A stretch of DNA of 64,000 nucleotides, from contig NC_092671.1 of NCBI RefSeq assembly GCF_964355755.1, forward strand, positions 35,846,304 to 35,910,303, read 5' to 3'. Below the pieces are notes generated by a model. That model was not told where the DNA came from. It saw only the letters and a program-made list of their open reading frames with translations, and searched no databases. Position 1 is the first letter of the stretch. Each line of letters starts with the position of its first letter. Below, one piece after another: positions 10,635 to 25,600 of this stretch. This DNA comes from Antedon mediterranea. Taxonomy: Eukaryota; Animalia; Echinodermata. Both the position numbers and the translations under genes were made by a program.

Positions 10635-13600
10635 TCACCACAGTTTACACTTTTCTTTTGGATTCATTGTCATGTTGGACGGACAATTAAATGCTTCAGA
10701 AAATTCCTTTGAATTTGACAGAGAACCAATTACCCTGAGGAGCAAAGAAAACACAGTCAAACATAGATTTTGATGGAGATAGTGAAACGTCCAGCACTAC
10801 TGCTGAAATTATACCATGTGGGTTCGCAGAAGTTAGGTGCGCTGACAAACTAGTTTGCCGAGGTTTGTTAAGTATTCAATTAACAGTCTTTCTAGTCACG
10901 TGATCCCTCAGATGGTAAAGCGTAGACTGGGTTTAAATATTCAAACAAACCCATAAAGCTCTGTCTATACTATCTAAATAGTTTGCCAAAAAAAGTGTGA
11001 TGTGCCCAAATATGGTAGTAATATGTTTAAATACGGTAGTGACATGACATCATCATGTCTATATATGGGCACATCACATTTGTTGTCACATAAAGCTTAA
11101 CAACGTTACCTGTATTTTGCAATTGTATGAAGGTCTGTAAGAATGGCTTGTTTGAGGTACTCTGGAGTGTAGTACGTACACCACATTTGGGAGAAACCTA
11201 CAAAGAACTGTTGATCATTTGTCAGGTTTAAACCAATTAGTTTTTTTGATTCATGGTGATCTCGTTGCCATGTTTTGTATGCTTTGTACGCCAACTCCAC
11301 TCCTCCATTATCCGCAATGTTTTCGGAGAGGGTGTAAATTCCGTCAAACTAAAAATGATAAACATTCTGAGATGTCAGTAGAATCAATTAAAAAGAAAAA
11401 TTGCCATGAGGCTGGTGCTGTAATGCTCAATAACTTTCAGATTTCAGGTTAAAGTTACTGTCATACATAAGTTGTTCAACACAACAATGGCACTAAGGCC
11501 ACACTCATTACACTGTTTATTTATTTAAAAACATATTTTGACAGGATGAAAACAAAATATCAGGTATAGATATTGCACCTGTTTTGGTCCTAGTTTTTAA
11601 AGCCAGCATAAGAAATGCGAGTACGCAAACAACATGCACTAATTTGTATTCCCATCAATCAAACTTTTATGGGGCTGAGATTCTTAAAGTAATGTAAGTG
11701 CTTGACAAAGTTATACAGTAAAAAAACTTAATCCTTATTAAAGGGACACATTTGGAATCCACAAGAATGTTCTTCTGAATAGGTTGATGAAATATTGTCC
11801 ACAGGTTGTTTCACAGAAAAATGTTCCCATAAATTTCCGACAGGAATTGGATATATATAATGTGTATATAAGTAATAATTATATACTTTGGAAGGCGCAC
11901 CTTAACATTTTTATTGACGTTTTTTTTTTATAACAGTTTTATACATGTATGTATTGTGCCTATGAGCGATTTTATTGGATATTGGCGCATTATAAATGCT
12001 TTCAAAATTTACATACTTTTTTTTTTTTTTTTTATTATATACACTTGTTTGTATCAGTCAATAAAAACTAACTTACATAGTTTCCATCAACGTTATATTT
12101 GCTATACTGTTTAATAAAACACTGAGATCTTTTATTAAATTCTTGTAATGAATCGTTTCTCCACCAGTTATCAAGATTCCCATACTTGTCAAATTCACGA
12201 CCTTCACTGTCAAATCCATGGGTCAACTCATGACCTACGACCATTCCAATACCTCCATAGTTGAATGACCTGTTCAAAAAAGTATATAAATATAAAAATA
12301 ATTTAACAATATAGTATATATGTATTCAATCACAATAAGGCTGAACAATGAACAAATAATATTAAAATGTGTATTAAAAAGGTATTGTCCCCTGAAAAAT
12401 AATTTTTACAATTTTTTTTTTTGAATATGCCATTTTAATATTACATAATAGTTATCCACTTTGACTAAAAAATTGGATCGAAAACAAATTTATTTACCTG
12501 AAAAAAACAGTATTTAAAGCAAAAAATGGTCAAATCGGCTGTCAGCAGCCAAGGAATTTTTGATTGAATTTAACCATTTATTTTTGTCATTTTATAACTG
12601 AAAACATTATTTTTTGGGTTTTTTTTTTTCTACGGAAGTCAGTGATTAACTTTGTTAAAACTACAAAACTAAAAAAAAAAAAATTAATCTTCATTTGTTT
12701 ATGTTTTTAGGGGAACAATACCTCTTTGAATTTCAAAAAAAGCAAAAAACGTACATTGGAAAATTTGGCCCAAAGAAAGGTCGCTGAAAGATACCAATCG
12801 GAAATACAATGTTATTTGTTGCTGTACTGTAATAGGCATTCACTTCACTAGGCCTCATTTCCCATCTGAAATAAACAAAGTTTATAATAAAAAAGACAAA
12901 TATTATAAATTTATTATACATACAAGCAGAATTTACCCTTTTTTCCCACAGAAAAAACCATATTTTAAAGATTTCTATGGATTAAACAAAACTTACCTGT
13001 GATGATAATAATGTGTGTTTCACTGGGTTAAATTACAACCCTATGGGCTGCAGTAAAGTATATGAGCTGCAGTAAAGTAGTATATGTATATGATCCAATG
13101 GCCATATTTACAATTAAAATTTAGACTATAGGAAAACACTAACCCACATGAGTAAAAACCTTAAATATTTATTGACTCAAGTGAAATACTTAATTATGCG
13201 AAATATTGTTGGAACAGTGTGACCAAATCACAAGAAGAAATATGTCCCTAAATGAATAAAAAAAAATGTATTACAGAAATAACAAAATCATACATACTCT
13301 GATTTGTCGACAGGTTCTCCACGTTTCTTTAGGTTTTTGTAGTTGTAGAATCGGCGTACATTTAATGAATTGCCAAAAAATTCATCTTCATTAATATACG
13401 TCTATAAAAAACAATTATTTTTATTGATTAATGACCCAATGCCACAAATAATTGTTGTGTTGTTGTGTTCTTTATAAATTTAATCTGTACATAATTAGTT
13501 CCTTGAAATATTTTTATTATTACCTTTGATTTAAATTTGTATATTTATTGTTTTTAAGTTTTGGATGCACCGTTTGACACGGGTGCTATCGATATAAAGT

Positions 13601-16600
13601 TGTCATTTCCAATAAACATTTTTATTAAGTATATAGAGAGTTATAAAATAAAAACTTAATAATAAATAATAATGTATTCAAAAAAATAAATTTGTATATA
13701 TGTAAGTCTTCACATTATTATAGAACCATATTTAAATATTTATTAATTTTAAAATGAAATTTATATATATGTTAAAACTCTAAAAAAAAAGTTCATGTTT
13801 TCTATCTGTCTATGGTGGTATGCAAATATTTGTGTATTAATAAAATAAATTTAAAACTAGAATTTAATTCGTCACTTTGACGAATTATAGGTGATCATTT
13901 TTATCATTTTAATAAAATTAACATTTTTTAAACATGCATGTACGTTAACATACAATCGTTAAAAGTTGATGTACGCCATCCTATGACATGATTGCATATA
14001 CACTTATAGTGCTGAGTTCTACCTATGTGTCATACAATATGTACAGTACATACTGTATATCTATATACAGTGTAGCATAGGTGAAATTACGGGACTCCCA
14101 TCGTGTTCTAATTTTTTGGTATGATGGAATTTTCAAAATAAACTCGAAGATGACAATTTCGAAAGATAATGAATTGAGCAAATAAATATAAGGATTGGAA
14201 GAAAATTTGACACGTAGAAGCGCAATGCGCGGTCTTTGAAATTTGTATAACTTTGACTAAAGAAATTTAAAAACTACTTTTTAACTTCAACTGGCCATAT
14301 GATAACATCACAACATCCGATAGGCTTAATTTTAATATGAATTCATATCTACATTTCATCAGCTTTCATAATAACTTATAATCTTCAAGGTCACCTTTAA
14401 TTCTGAAGAGCTATAAGATATTCAAATGTATGGTGTAGCTGAAATTACACGACCTAGGTTATTCAAGTTTTTACGCGTGATGACGTCATCAAAATAAAAA
14501 TGTTGACAACTCATTAGAAGAATAATTAATTGAGCAAGCACATACTAAAAGTTGTGCGAAAATCGGGCTCAAATAACGGAGATGCGCTCTATTGAATGTG
14601 ATAACCCACACAAAAAGAAAAAAATTCCTAATTTTTAAATTCAAGTGGCCATTTGATGACGTCATACCATTTTGTACGTCTAATGTGTATATACATTTGT
14701 ATCTACAACTTATTGGCTTCCATAATAAGTTAAAAAAATTGGGGGTCATCTGCCATTCTGAAGAGTTATATTCATTTTAAAAAGTCCTTATTTTTTACCA
14801 TTTTTAGCACTTTTGTACAATTAGTGTGCGCATTTTGTCATTTTTAACGTGCTCGTATAGAGTTATTTTAAGTCGGAATGGACTCAAAATTGGTAAATGT
14901 ACTAAGGATTGTGAGTAGAATGTGATTTATACATCAAATTTTATTTTTTACGCATTTTAAGAATCGTGCGCACAAAAACGCATTTTTGCGCAGTAATTTT
15001 TTGAAACGCGCAAATGGCCTAATTCATGCTCTAAATTGATCAAAACCTAATTTTGCGCGTTTTAAATTTTTAACGCGCGATTTCACGTGCATGACCTTGA
15101 AACGCGCAACTTTTTATTTGCTAATATTTTTACCCTTGACCTGAAGTTTACCTGTAGTGAATTTCATTAATATGTCATAATGAATTATGGAGATATGATT
15201 GATAATGTGATTTCACAAAATGGCGTATAAATGACGTCACGGATGAGTGATCACGCTGGAAAGCTGATTAGGATTAAGTTATATTATTTGAAAGATATTC
15301 TGAAATTTTGGTAATCATTGACATTAAACTTTTTGAGATAATTGTTACACAAAATAGTGTACAGAAACAATAAAAAGACTAGACATGAAACTCGTCACTT
15401 TGACGAGTTAGTTATCCGCACGACAAACGCCACGTGCACGTCATACGTTGGAATATTGCACACAGAAAAAGATTATGGCATTATGACCTGAACTGATGAA
15501 TATGATAATGTTGTTAGTGCTGAATTCTGTTATTTTGTGTCATAGTATACACAGTATAATCTGTATACATATCACATACAGTGAAGAATAGGTGAAATTA
15601 CGGGACCCGCTCTTTATTCCAATTTTTAACATGGCGACGGTATCAAAATGAAACACTAAGATAGCAAATTCGGAAGGAAAGTATATCAGCAAGCACATAT
15701 TAATGTGTAGAAGAAATTTAAATACGTAAAATATAGATGCGCGCTCTTTTAAATGTGATGAACTATTACGCAAAATATGAAAATATGACTTTTTTTATTC
15801 AGCTGGCCATATGATGACGTCACAACATCCGATTGGCAAAATGTTTACATGATTTCGTATCTACAATCCAATAGCTTCCAGAAAACGTTGTAATCATGAT
15901 TATCACTTTTTATTCTGACGAGCTATAACAGATTAAAATTTACTGTAAAGATGAAAATATGTGACCCAGGATATTTACATTTTTAGACATTATGACGTCA
16001 TAAAAATTAAAATATTTTTAACTCATGCGAAAGAAAATTGATTGACCTAGACAATATAAAAATCAAAGTGAAAATGAAAAACGGATAAGTGGAGATGCGC
16101 TCTATTAAATGTGATAAGCTATGACGAAAGATACAAAAATCCTATATTTTATATTCGTGTGGCCATACGATGACGTTACAATGTCCGGTTAGCCATATTA
16201 AAGCATGATCCGATATCTACAGCTCATCAACTTCCAGAATATGTAATAAAAATAATTTTTACCGTTTAGTTTAGAAACTACGACTGTTTAAAAAAATGCA
16301 TTATTTTGACGAATTTGTTAACTTTTTCATAAAAAACGCGCACAAATTATCCAATTCGGCGTGCTCGTATGACGTAATTTTAAGTCGAAATTGTTTAAAA
16401 GTTGGTAAAATTACTAGAAAAGGCTGAAGAAACATAAATCACGTGGAAAAAGCATGTTTTTAACGCTACGTGCGCACCGCGCCCGTAAAAATTTGCGCAT
16501 GCGTGGGAATTTTTGACATGCTCAAAATGACAAGAAACGCTTAGAAAATTGAATAGAAATTGATTTTTCGCATTTTAAAATTTTAAACGCGCGTGCGCGC

Positions 16601-19600
16601 GTAACTTCTTGTAAAACATGCCATTTTTTGTGCACAAAAAGTTTGCCCTTGATATGACTTAAATTTTCACAAAGTGTAAAAAAAAAATTACGCTTGGTTT
16701 TAAATCTATGATCAATTTTAAAAAATCATAAAATCATGCGTAAGTTACGTTGCGTAACTATGACGTCATTCAAAAATAGGAGGTGCACAACTTCACGTAA
16801 ATGCCCATATGTTGACAAAGTTATGAAATGTTATGTTTACCCATTTTAGAGATACGCTCTGCACAAAAAGTGAGGGAGAAAGACTGAAGAATAATGAAAA
16901 AAAAAAAGACACAGGACAGTTACAAGGAGTTATCCGCTAAATGCGGATAACTAACTAGACATGCAACTCGTCACTTTGACGAGTTTGGTTATCCGCCGCG
17001 CAAGTGGTGCAACATTAACCTTAAGGGGATAGGTTGAGGACAAAAGGAAGTGTTCACGTTGGCATTATGACCTGAACTGAAGAATATGATATGTTGCTGA
17101 ATTTTATTATTTAAATTCATATATAGTATACACAGTATAATCTGTATCCATATCACATACAGTGACATACATAGAATAGGTGAAATTACGGGACCTGCTA
17201 TTTATTGCAATTTTTAACATGTTGACGGTTTTAAAATGAAACGCGAAGGTAGCAATTCCGAAAGGAAATTATCTCAGCAACAACGTATTAGCGTGTAGAA
17301 GAAATTTGAATACGTGAAATATTGATGCGCGCTCTTTTAAATGTAATGAATTATGACGCAAAAGATGAAAATACGACCTTTTTTATTTAACTGGCCATAT
17401 GATGACGTCACAACATCCGATTGGCAACATTTTTACATAATTTCGTATCTAAAATTCAATAGCTTCCAGAAAAAGTTTTAATCGTGATTATCACATTTTA
17501 TTCTTACGAGCTATAACAGATTAAAATTTACTGTAAAGATGAAATTAATGCCACACGTGATTTAAATTTTTAGGCATGATGACGTCAAAAAAATTAAAAT
17601 ATTTTTAACTCATGCGAAAGATAGTTGATTGACCTACACAATATCAAAATCGGGGTGAAAATGGAAAACGAATAAGTGGAGATGCGCTCTATTCAATGTG
17701 ATGAGCTATGACGAAAGATACAAAAATCCTAAATTTTATATTTGCGTGGCCATACGATGACGTCACAATGTCCGGTTAGCCATATCAATACCTGATCCGA
17801 TATCTACCACTCATCTACTTCCAGAATATGTCATCCACAAAAAATTGACCGTCTAGTTTAGAAATTACGACTGTTTAAAAAAAGGCATATTTTAAACGAA
17901 TTTTTTAACCTTTTCATAAAAAACGCGCGCAAATTGTCCAATTCGACGTGCTCGTATGACGTATCTTTAAGTCGAAATTGTTTAAAATTTGGTAAAATTA
18001 CTAGAAAAGGCTGAAAAAACATAAATCACGCGAAAAAAATACGTTTTCAATGCTACGTGCGTACCGCACACGTAAAAATGTGCGCACGCGTGGGAATTTT
18101 TGACATGCTTAAAACGACCAGAAACGCGTAGAAAGTTGATTATAAATTAATTTTGCGCATTTTGAAATTTTAAATGCGCGTGCGCGCGTAACTTTGTGTA
18201 AAACACGCAATTTTTTTTCAACATAAAGTTAGCGCATGATATAAATTAAACTTTTGCGAAGTTTCAAGTTGAAATGTTATTTGGTTTTCAACATATGTTA
18301 AGTACGAGAAAATCGTTAAATCGCGCGTACGTCACGTTGCGCAATTTTAAACATCATGAAAAGCTTCGCTTGACGACGTTACGTAAATGTCAATATGTTA
18401 AGATAGTTACCGAAATGTTATGTTTGCGAGTTTTAGAGAAAAGCGTTACACAAAAATCATACAGAAAGAAAGAAGAAAAACTAGACATGAAACTCGTCAC
18501 TTTGACGAGTTAGTTATCCGCACGACAAACGCCACGTGCACGTCATACGTTGGAATATTGCACACAGAAAAAGATTATGGCATTATGACCTGAACTGAAG
18601 AATATGATATGTTGTTATTGCTGAATTATATTAATTTGATTCATATATAGTATACACAGTATAATCTGTATCCATATCACATACAGTGTAGAATAGGTGA
18701 AATTACGGGACCCGCTATTTATTGCAATTTTTTACATGTTCACGGTTTTAAAATGAAATGCGAAGATAGAAATTTTGGAAGGAAATTATCTCAGCAACAA
18801 CATATTAACGTGTAGAAGAAATTTAAATACGTGAAATATTAATGCGCGCTCTTTTAAATGTCATGAATTATGACGCAAAAGATGAAAATACGACTTTTTT
18901 TATTTAACTGGCCATATGATGACGTCACAACATCCGATTGGCAAAATGTTCACATGATTTTGTATCTACAATCCAATAGCTTCCAGAAAATGTTTTAATC
19001 GTGATTATCACATTTTATTCTTACGAGCTATAACAGATTAAAATTTACTGTAAAGATGAAATTAATGCCACACGTAATTTAAATTTTTAGGCATGATGAC
19101 GTCAAAAAAATTAAAATATTTTTAACTCATGCGAAAGATAGTCGATTGACCTAGACAATATCAAAATCAGGGTGAAAATGGAAAATGGATAAGTAGAGAT
19201 GCGCTCTATTAAATGTTATGACCTATTACGAAAGACACAAAAATCCTAAATTTTATATTCGCGTGGCCATACGACGACGTCACAATGTCCGGTTAGCAAT
19301 ATTAATACATTATTCGATATCTACAATTCATCAACTTCCAGAATATGTAATAAAAATAACTTTCACCGTTTAGTTTAGAAACTACGACTATTTTAAAAAA
19401 GGCATAATTTTGCTGAATTTTTGAACTTTTTCATCAAAAACGCGCGCAAATTGTTCAATTCGACGTGCTTATATGACATGATTTTAAGTCAAAATTGTTT
19501 AAAAGTTAGTAAAATTACTAAAAAAAGGCCAGAAAAACATAAATCACGCAAAGAAAATATGTTTTTAACGCTACATGCGCACCGCGCACGTAAAAATTTG

Positions 19601-22600
19601 CGGGCGCGTGGGAATTTTTGACATTCTTAAAATGACATGAAATGCGTAGAAAGTTGATTAGAAATTGTTTTTTCGCATTTTAAAATTTTAAATGCACGTG
19701 CGCGCGTAACTTCGTGTATAACATACCATTTTTAGTGTACAAAAAGTTAGCGCACAATATAAATTAAACTTTTGCTAAGTTTCAAGTTAAATTGTTATAT
19801 GGTTTTCGAGTTATGTTAAATACGCGAAATTCATAAAAACGCGCGTAAGTCATGTTGCGCAACTCTGACGTCATCCAAATATAGGAAAGCACAACTTCAC
19901 GTGATTGCCCATATGTTGACAAAGTTATACAATGTTAACTTTACAAGTTTTAGAGATACGCTCTGCACAAAAATGACAGAAAGAAAGAAGAACTAGACAT
20001 GAAACTCGTCACTTTGACGAGTTAGTTATCCGCACGACAAACGCCACGTGCACGTCATACGGTGGAATATTGCACACAGAAAAAGATTATGGCATTATGA
20101 CCTGAACTGAAGAATATCATATCTTGTTAGTGCTGAATTCTGTCTATTTTGTGTCATATAGTATATGCAGTATAATCTGTATACATATTACATACAGTGT
20201 AGAATAGGTGAAATTACGGGACCCACCGTTTATTTCAATTTTTAACATGGCGACGGTATTAAAATTAAACACTAAGATAGCAATTTCGGAAGGACATTAT
20301 CTCACCAACAACATATTAACGTGTAGAAGAAATTTGAATACGTAGAATATGGATGCGTGCTCGTTTAAATATGATGAACCATGACGCAAAATATGAAAAT
20401 ACGACTTTTTTTATTCAACTGGCCATAGGATGACTTCACAACATCCGATTGGCAAAATGTTCACATTAATTCGTATCTACAGTCCAATACCTTCCAGAAA
20501 ACGTTTTAATCATAATTATCACTTTTTATTCTTACGAGCTATAACAGATTAAAATTTACTGTAAAGATGAAATTAATAACCCTGTTAATTATAATTTTTA
20601 GGCATGATGACGTCATAAAAATTAAAATATGTTTAACTCATGCGAAAGATAGTTGATTGACCTAGACAATATTAAAATCTCGGAGAAAAAGGAATACAGA
20701 TAGGCGTGATGCGCTCCATTGAATATGATGAGCAATAACGAAAGAGACAAAAATCCTATATTTTTCATTCGTGTGGCCATACGATGACGTCACAAAGTCC
20801 GGTTAGCCATATTGATTCATGATCCGATATCTACAACTCATCAACTTCCAGAATTTGTAATTTAAAAAAATTTCACCTCGTTGTTTAGAATCTTTGACTG
20901 TTTAAAAAAAGGCATAATTTTGACGAATTTTGACAAATTTTTTAACTTTTTCATAAAAAACACACGTAAATTATTCAATTCAACGTGCCCGTATGACGTA
21001 ATTTTAAATCGAAATTGTTTAAAAGTTGGTAAAATTACTAGAAAAGGCTGAAAAAACATAAATCACACAAAAAAAATTGTTTTCAACGCTACGTTCGCAC
21101 CATGCGCGTAAAAAAAGGCGCACGCGTGGGAATTTTTTACATGCTTAAAATTACATGAAACGCGTAGAAAGTTGATTAGAAATTGATTTTTCGCATTTTG
21201 AAATTTTAAACGCGCGTGCGCGCGTAACTTCGTGTGAAACATGCCATTTTTTCCCCATAGTCAGTTAGCGCAAGATATAACTTAAACTTTTGTCAAGTTT
21301 AATATTAAATTGTTATATGGTTTTCGATCTATGTTAAATACGCGAAATTCGGAAAAACGCGCGTAAGTCATGTTGCGCAACTCTGACGTCATTCAAAAAT
21401 AGGAGGTGCACAATTTCACGTAAATGCCCACATGTTGACAAAGTTATGAAATGTTATGTTTACACGTTTTTGAGTTACGCGAGACACAAAAATGACAGAA
21501 AGAAAGAAGAATACAGAAAAAAAAAAAAAAGATGATGAAACAGGACAGTTACAAGGAGTTATCCGCTCAATGCGGATAACTAATAATACAGAAAAAAAAA
21601 AAAAGATGATGAAACAGGACAGTTACAAGGAGTTATCCGCTGAATGCGGATAACTAATAAAAAGATGATGATTTCGTACAATCACAAGAGGTTATCCTGC
21701 AACTTCGTTGCGGATAACCAAAAAATAAAGATTTCATACAATAACAATAGGTGATCATTTTAGAATATTTTATTCTAAATGATCACCTAATAAAATGCAG
21801 ATCAGTGGTGGATCCAGGATTTTAAAATAGGGAAGGGGGGGGGGGGGCAGGATCTAAAAGTAGTGAAATATTACAATTTGTGAAATTTAGAGGGGGCCTG
21901 GGCCTGAATCCACCCCTGCAGATCCCGAAATAATAACATTTTAATTATAGGCAGGACTAACCTTATTGTAATATTTATCAAGTTCTTCTGGACTCTCAAT
22001 CCACTCTGGATAACCTATCTTGTCCACAACAGCAGCTGCTTTTTCATCAGCTATTCTCTTTGTATTAGGGTCCATCCAATCTACATCTTTAAGATTTTCT
22101 CGAAATGCATTCTTGATATTAACAACCATACTTTCAGTCTGAAACAAATAAATTTATAATAAAAAGGTAATTTAAAAGGAACATTTTTAGTAAATCAAAA
22201 ACCACCATTACAGAACTGTGCATATTTTTCAAAATCGAACAGTTCAAAAAGAAATCTCAAAAAGAAGTGTTAAACGTTATTTTTTTTAGTCATTTTTTTT
22301 CCATAAATGGGAAAAGGCCGATGTTAGTTTATCCAGGTAACCTAGGCACAACGTTTATAAAGATTACACAATCCACAAGTGGTGATGGTAGTCTATGAGT
22401 GTCTTGGAGAAATTTAAGTTATTGAATTATGTTCTCTCTTCAAATGAAGAAAGAAGAAGAAGAAAGTTATTTTATCCAGGTAATCTAGGCACAAAATAGA
22501 AATAAAGTATTGACAAATATAAAAGAAATCGAAAACAGAACATACCATTTTTTTAATGGATTTTGCTTCCATGTCTTTGACAAACAACGCGCCAGTTGTA

Positions 22601-25600
22601 AAGCCAAACACATCATCCGTTGATGCCACGCATCTTTCCCACAATGGCGGAAGTTTACTGACACCTGCAGATACTTTCATATACTCTTCTAATAAGTCTT
22701 TAAATGGTTGGTTAAGGAAACCTGCAAAGTGTTGTACGGCATGCCATGCCATGTAATCGGACAACACCCTAATTAAACACACAAAAACTTAGTTAAAAAT
22801 AACTTTCTTACGATCTTAGCTTTCCAATCACAAATATTGTTATTTCAACTTTATAATCAATTTTTCACATTAATTGAGATTTAAATAGAATCAGGTATAC
22901 TGTACTATACCCAAACACTTCTTTATCCAGGGGTTTGTTTGTTTGTATGTATGTTATCTGTTATACTTACCTCTACAGTCAAAGACTGGTCTCCCAGAGG
23001 GCCCAGTTATGAACAATGGCTGTGAGTGACAGTGACTGTGTTTGTACTAGTACACCAGGGTAACCTCCTACTCATCTCGGAAGATGTACTAGGTTCTTTA
23101 AATTGCACATGAGCTAGATGTGTACACTGGACCTATGGTTTATAGTTATCCGAGATGACTTGTTCCATATATGGGCCATGTTTTAACAATACTGACGTCT
23201 ATTTATAGGGACATCCCATTAAGGGTACACTCTGTTTGGTCTTAAAGGTGTCCCCTTAATAGAGTTTTCTTGTATTTTATAATTTATTTAGTCTAGGAAA
23301 TAATATAAATGATAAAAATTATCTTACTTTCGTGTCGTGTTTTGTAATAGGCGATTCAGTTTTGTAAAGAAAGTTGGAGTGTATACGATGACATTTTCGT
23401 TTAATGGCACATTTGTCCCGAACATATCTTTCATGTATTTTTTAATATCCAACTGAAAAGAAAAATAAAACAATTTGAATAAAACCAAAAGCAAAAAAAG
23501 ACATTCCAGAGATAACATTTAGGAATTGTACGAAATAATTCAAAATAATAATCAGACAAACTGTATTTTTCAGCAATTAAATATGACAAATACAAATCCA
23601 AAGATAATACATTTATGAGGTCCTCATTTTAAAGGTTTGGAGACAAGCCATTAGGGCTAAAAAAGTGGTCTCCTCCTTAAATAATCACAAAGAAAAACAT
23701 ATACACAAGATGCTCTACAGAAACAAAGTCTTATTACAAGTCTTTGAGAAAAAAAACCCTGGTATCTGACAGGATTTGAACCAGGACTCTGGGATTGGTA
23801 GGCGAGGTTCCAAACCACCAAGCTACATCTCATCCTGATTACTTAACACTAATACCTTTTTACACTGCATAACATATTTTCTGATTTATTAAACGTTTCA
23901 CAAATCTTTGAAATCTTGAAACAGTTTCCAAAAAAAAAATTCAAAGTTACAAATGCCCAACCTACATTTGTTATCATATCTTGCATTTGACCAAATTGGA
24001 ACTTATGATACTTTTTTTCTGGATTTTGTAGGTCATTCTTATCGACATAAATCTGAAAGAAAAAGCAATTTTATTATAAAGTTATTTGAAATGTGTTATT
24101 ATATTTAAGAATTTAAGGCCAGTATTTATTTATGGTAGTAGTGTGGCGCAGTGTGTGGATGTTGGATTACTTATTGTGAGATTATGGTTCGAATCTTTTG
24201 CCACTAATTGCTTGTATCTTTAGGCAAGATACTTTACTTACATTTGCCTCTCTCCACCCAGGTGTATAAAATGGGTACACGGTTAGATCAAGCTGATTAC
24301 AAGCTGCATTATTATGGGAGTATGTTAACAAAAAGATTACCAGGGTAATAATGTGCAGCGCATTGAGAGCTTGCTTATATGCGCTATATAAGAATGAACT
24401 ATTATTAGTATTATTATGTCTCAATGGAATGCGAAAAAACCAATTTATTAATAACAGCATTAACCAGGTCAATTCTTTTACCTTTGCAAGTTCAGTCTCA
24501 AACTTTACCACTTCACGCATGGCATTGTGGGTTGCGTCCTGTAAATCGTGGTGAGCAACTGCTTCCAACTTGTTTCCATTGTATGAGATAAGTTCCGCAA
24601 CACTGGCGCCAAAGTGGACATACGCTTCTCTAAGTTTCTAAAGGCAATATAAGAAGATGAATATTATTAGTTATTAGTTGTTAGTATTAATTCATGTAAA
24701 TCTGAATCACTGAATGTAAATATCGGAGTTCCTCAAGGTTCAATATTAGGACCATTGCTTTTTATTTTATATGTTAACTCACTTCCTAATTCTTTATCAT
24801 GTAAATGTGTCATGTATGCTGATGATACCACACTTTTATGTAGTTCATCTGACCCACTTAGGCTTCAAAATGAAATAGATGCAAATTTTAATCAAGTTAC
24901 TCAATGGCTTAATGATAACCAACTAACATTAAATATTAAAAAGACAAAGCTTATGGTTTTTAGTACTACTCACATGTATAGTAAGTTTAAAAATATCTCT
25001 GTTTCTTTTAATAACCATATTATTGAGAGAGTAAATACTTTTAAATATTTAGGTGTAACTTTTGACACTCAACTAACATGGGCGGATCATATTGATAGCC
25101 TTTCATCAAAAGTTGCCAAATGCATTGGTGTTATACTGTACGTCGTATAAAATATTTTATTCCATCAAACACGCTCAATGCACTAGTTATTCCTTTATTT
25201 GATTATTGTAGTTGTGTCTGGTCAAATTGTAAAGTAAACTTTTCAGATTCTCTTCAAATTTTATTAAATAGATTAGGTAGAATATTATTATCTGTAGATA
25301 TCAAAACTCATGTTAGTGATATCCTAAACTCACTTGGTTGGAGTACACTAAAGGACAAATGGAATGAACATATTCTAATATTACTTTTCAAGTGCCTAAA
25401 TGGACATTGTCTTTATTGTCAGTGTCATAATAAAGGTACACGAAGTCAAAGTAACAACACTTTGATAATACCTAAATGGAATAATACTCAAGGTAAAAGA
25501 ACTTTTAATTACAGATCTACAAAATTATGGAACTTTCTACCTAACAAAATAAAAAATGATCTTTATGATATGACAGTATCAACTTTCAAATCACAAATTT

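Noticed and set aside
15378-21500. Simple 1.5-kb tandem segmental duplication and the small ORFs within it
   Set aside because: The stacked right ends and subTIR variants show nested insertion. The ORFs are not conserved between units.
24182-24481. C-terminal part of the 128-aa ORF
   Set aside because: Read-through from an ECE exon into intron and an antisense SINE.
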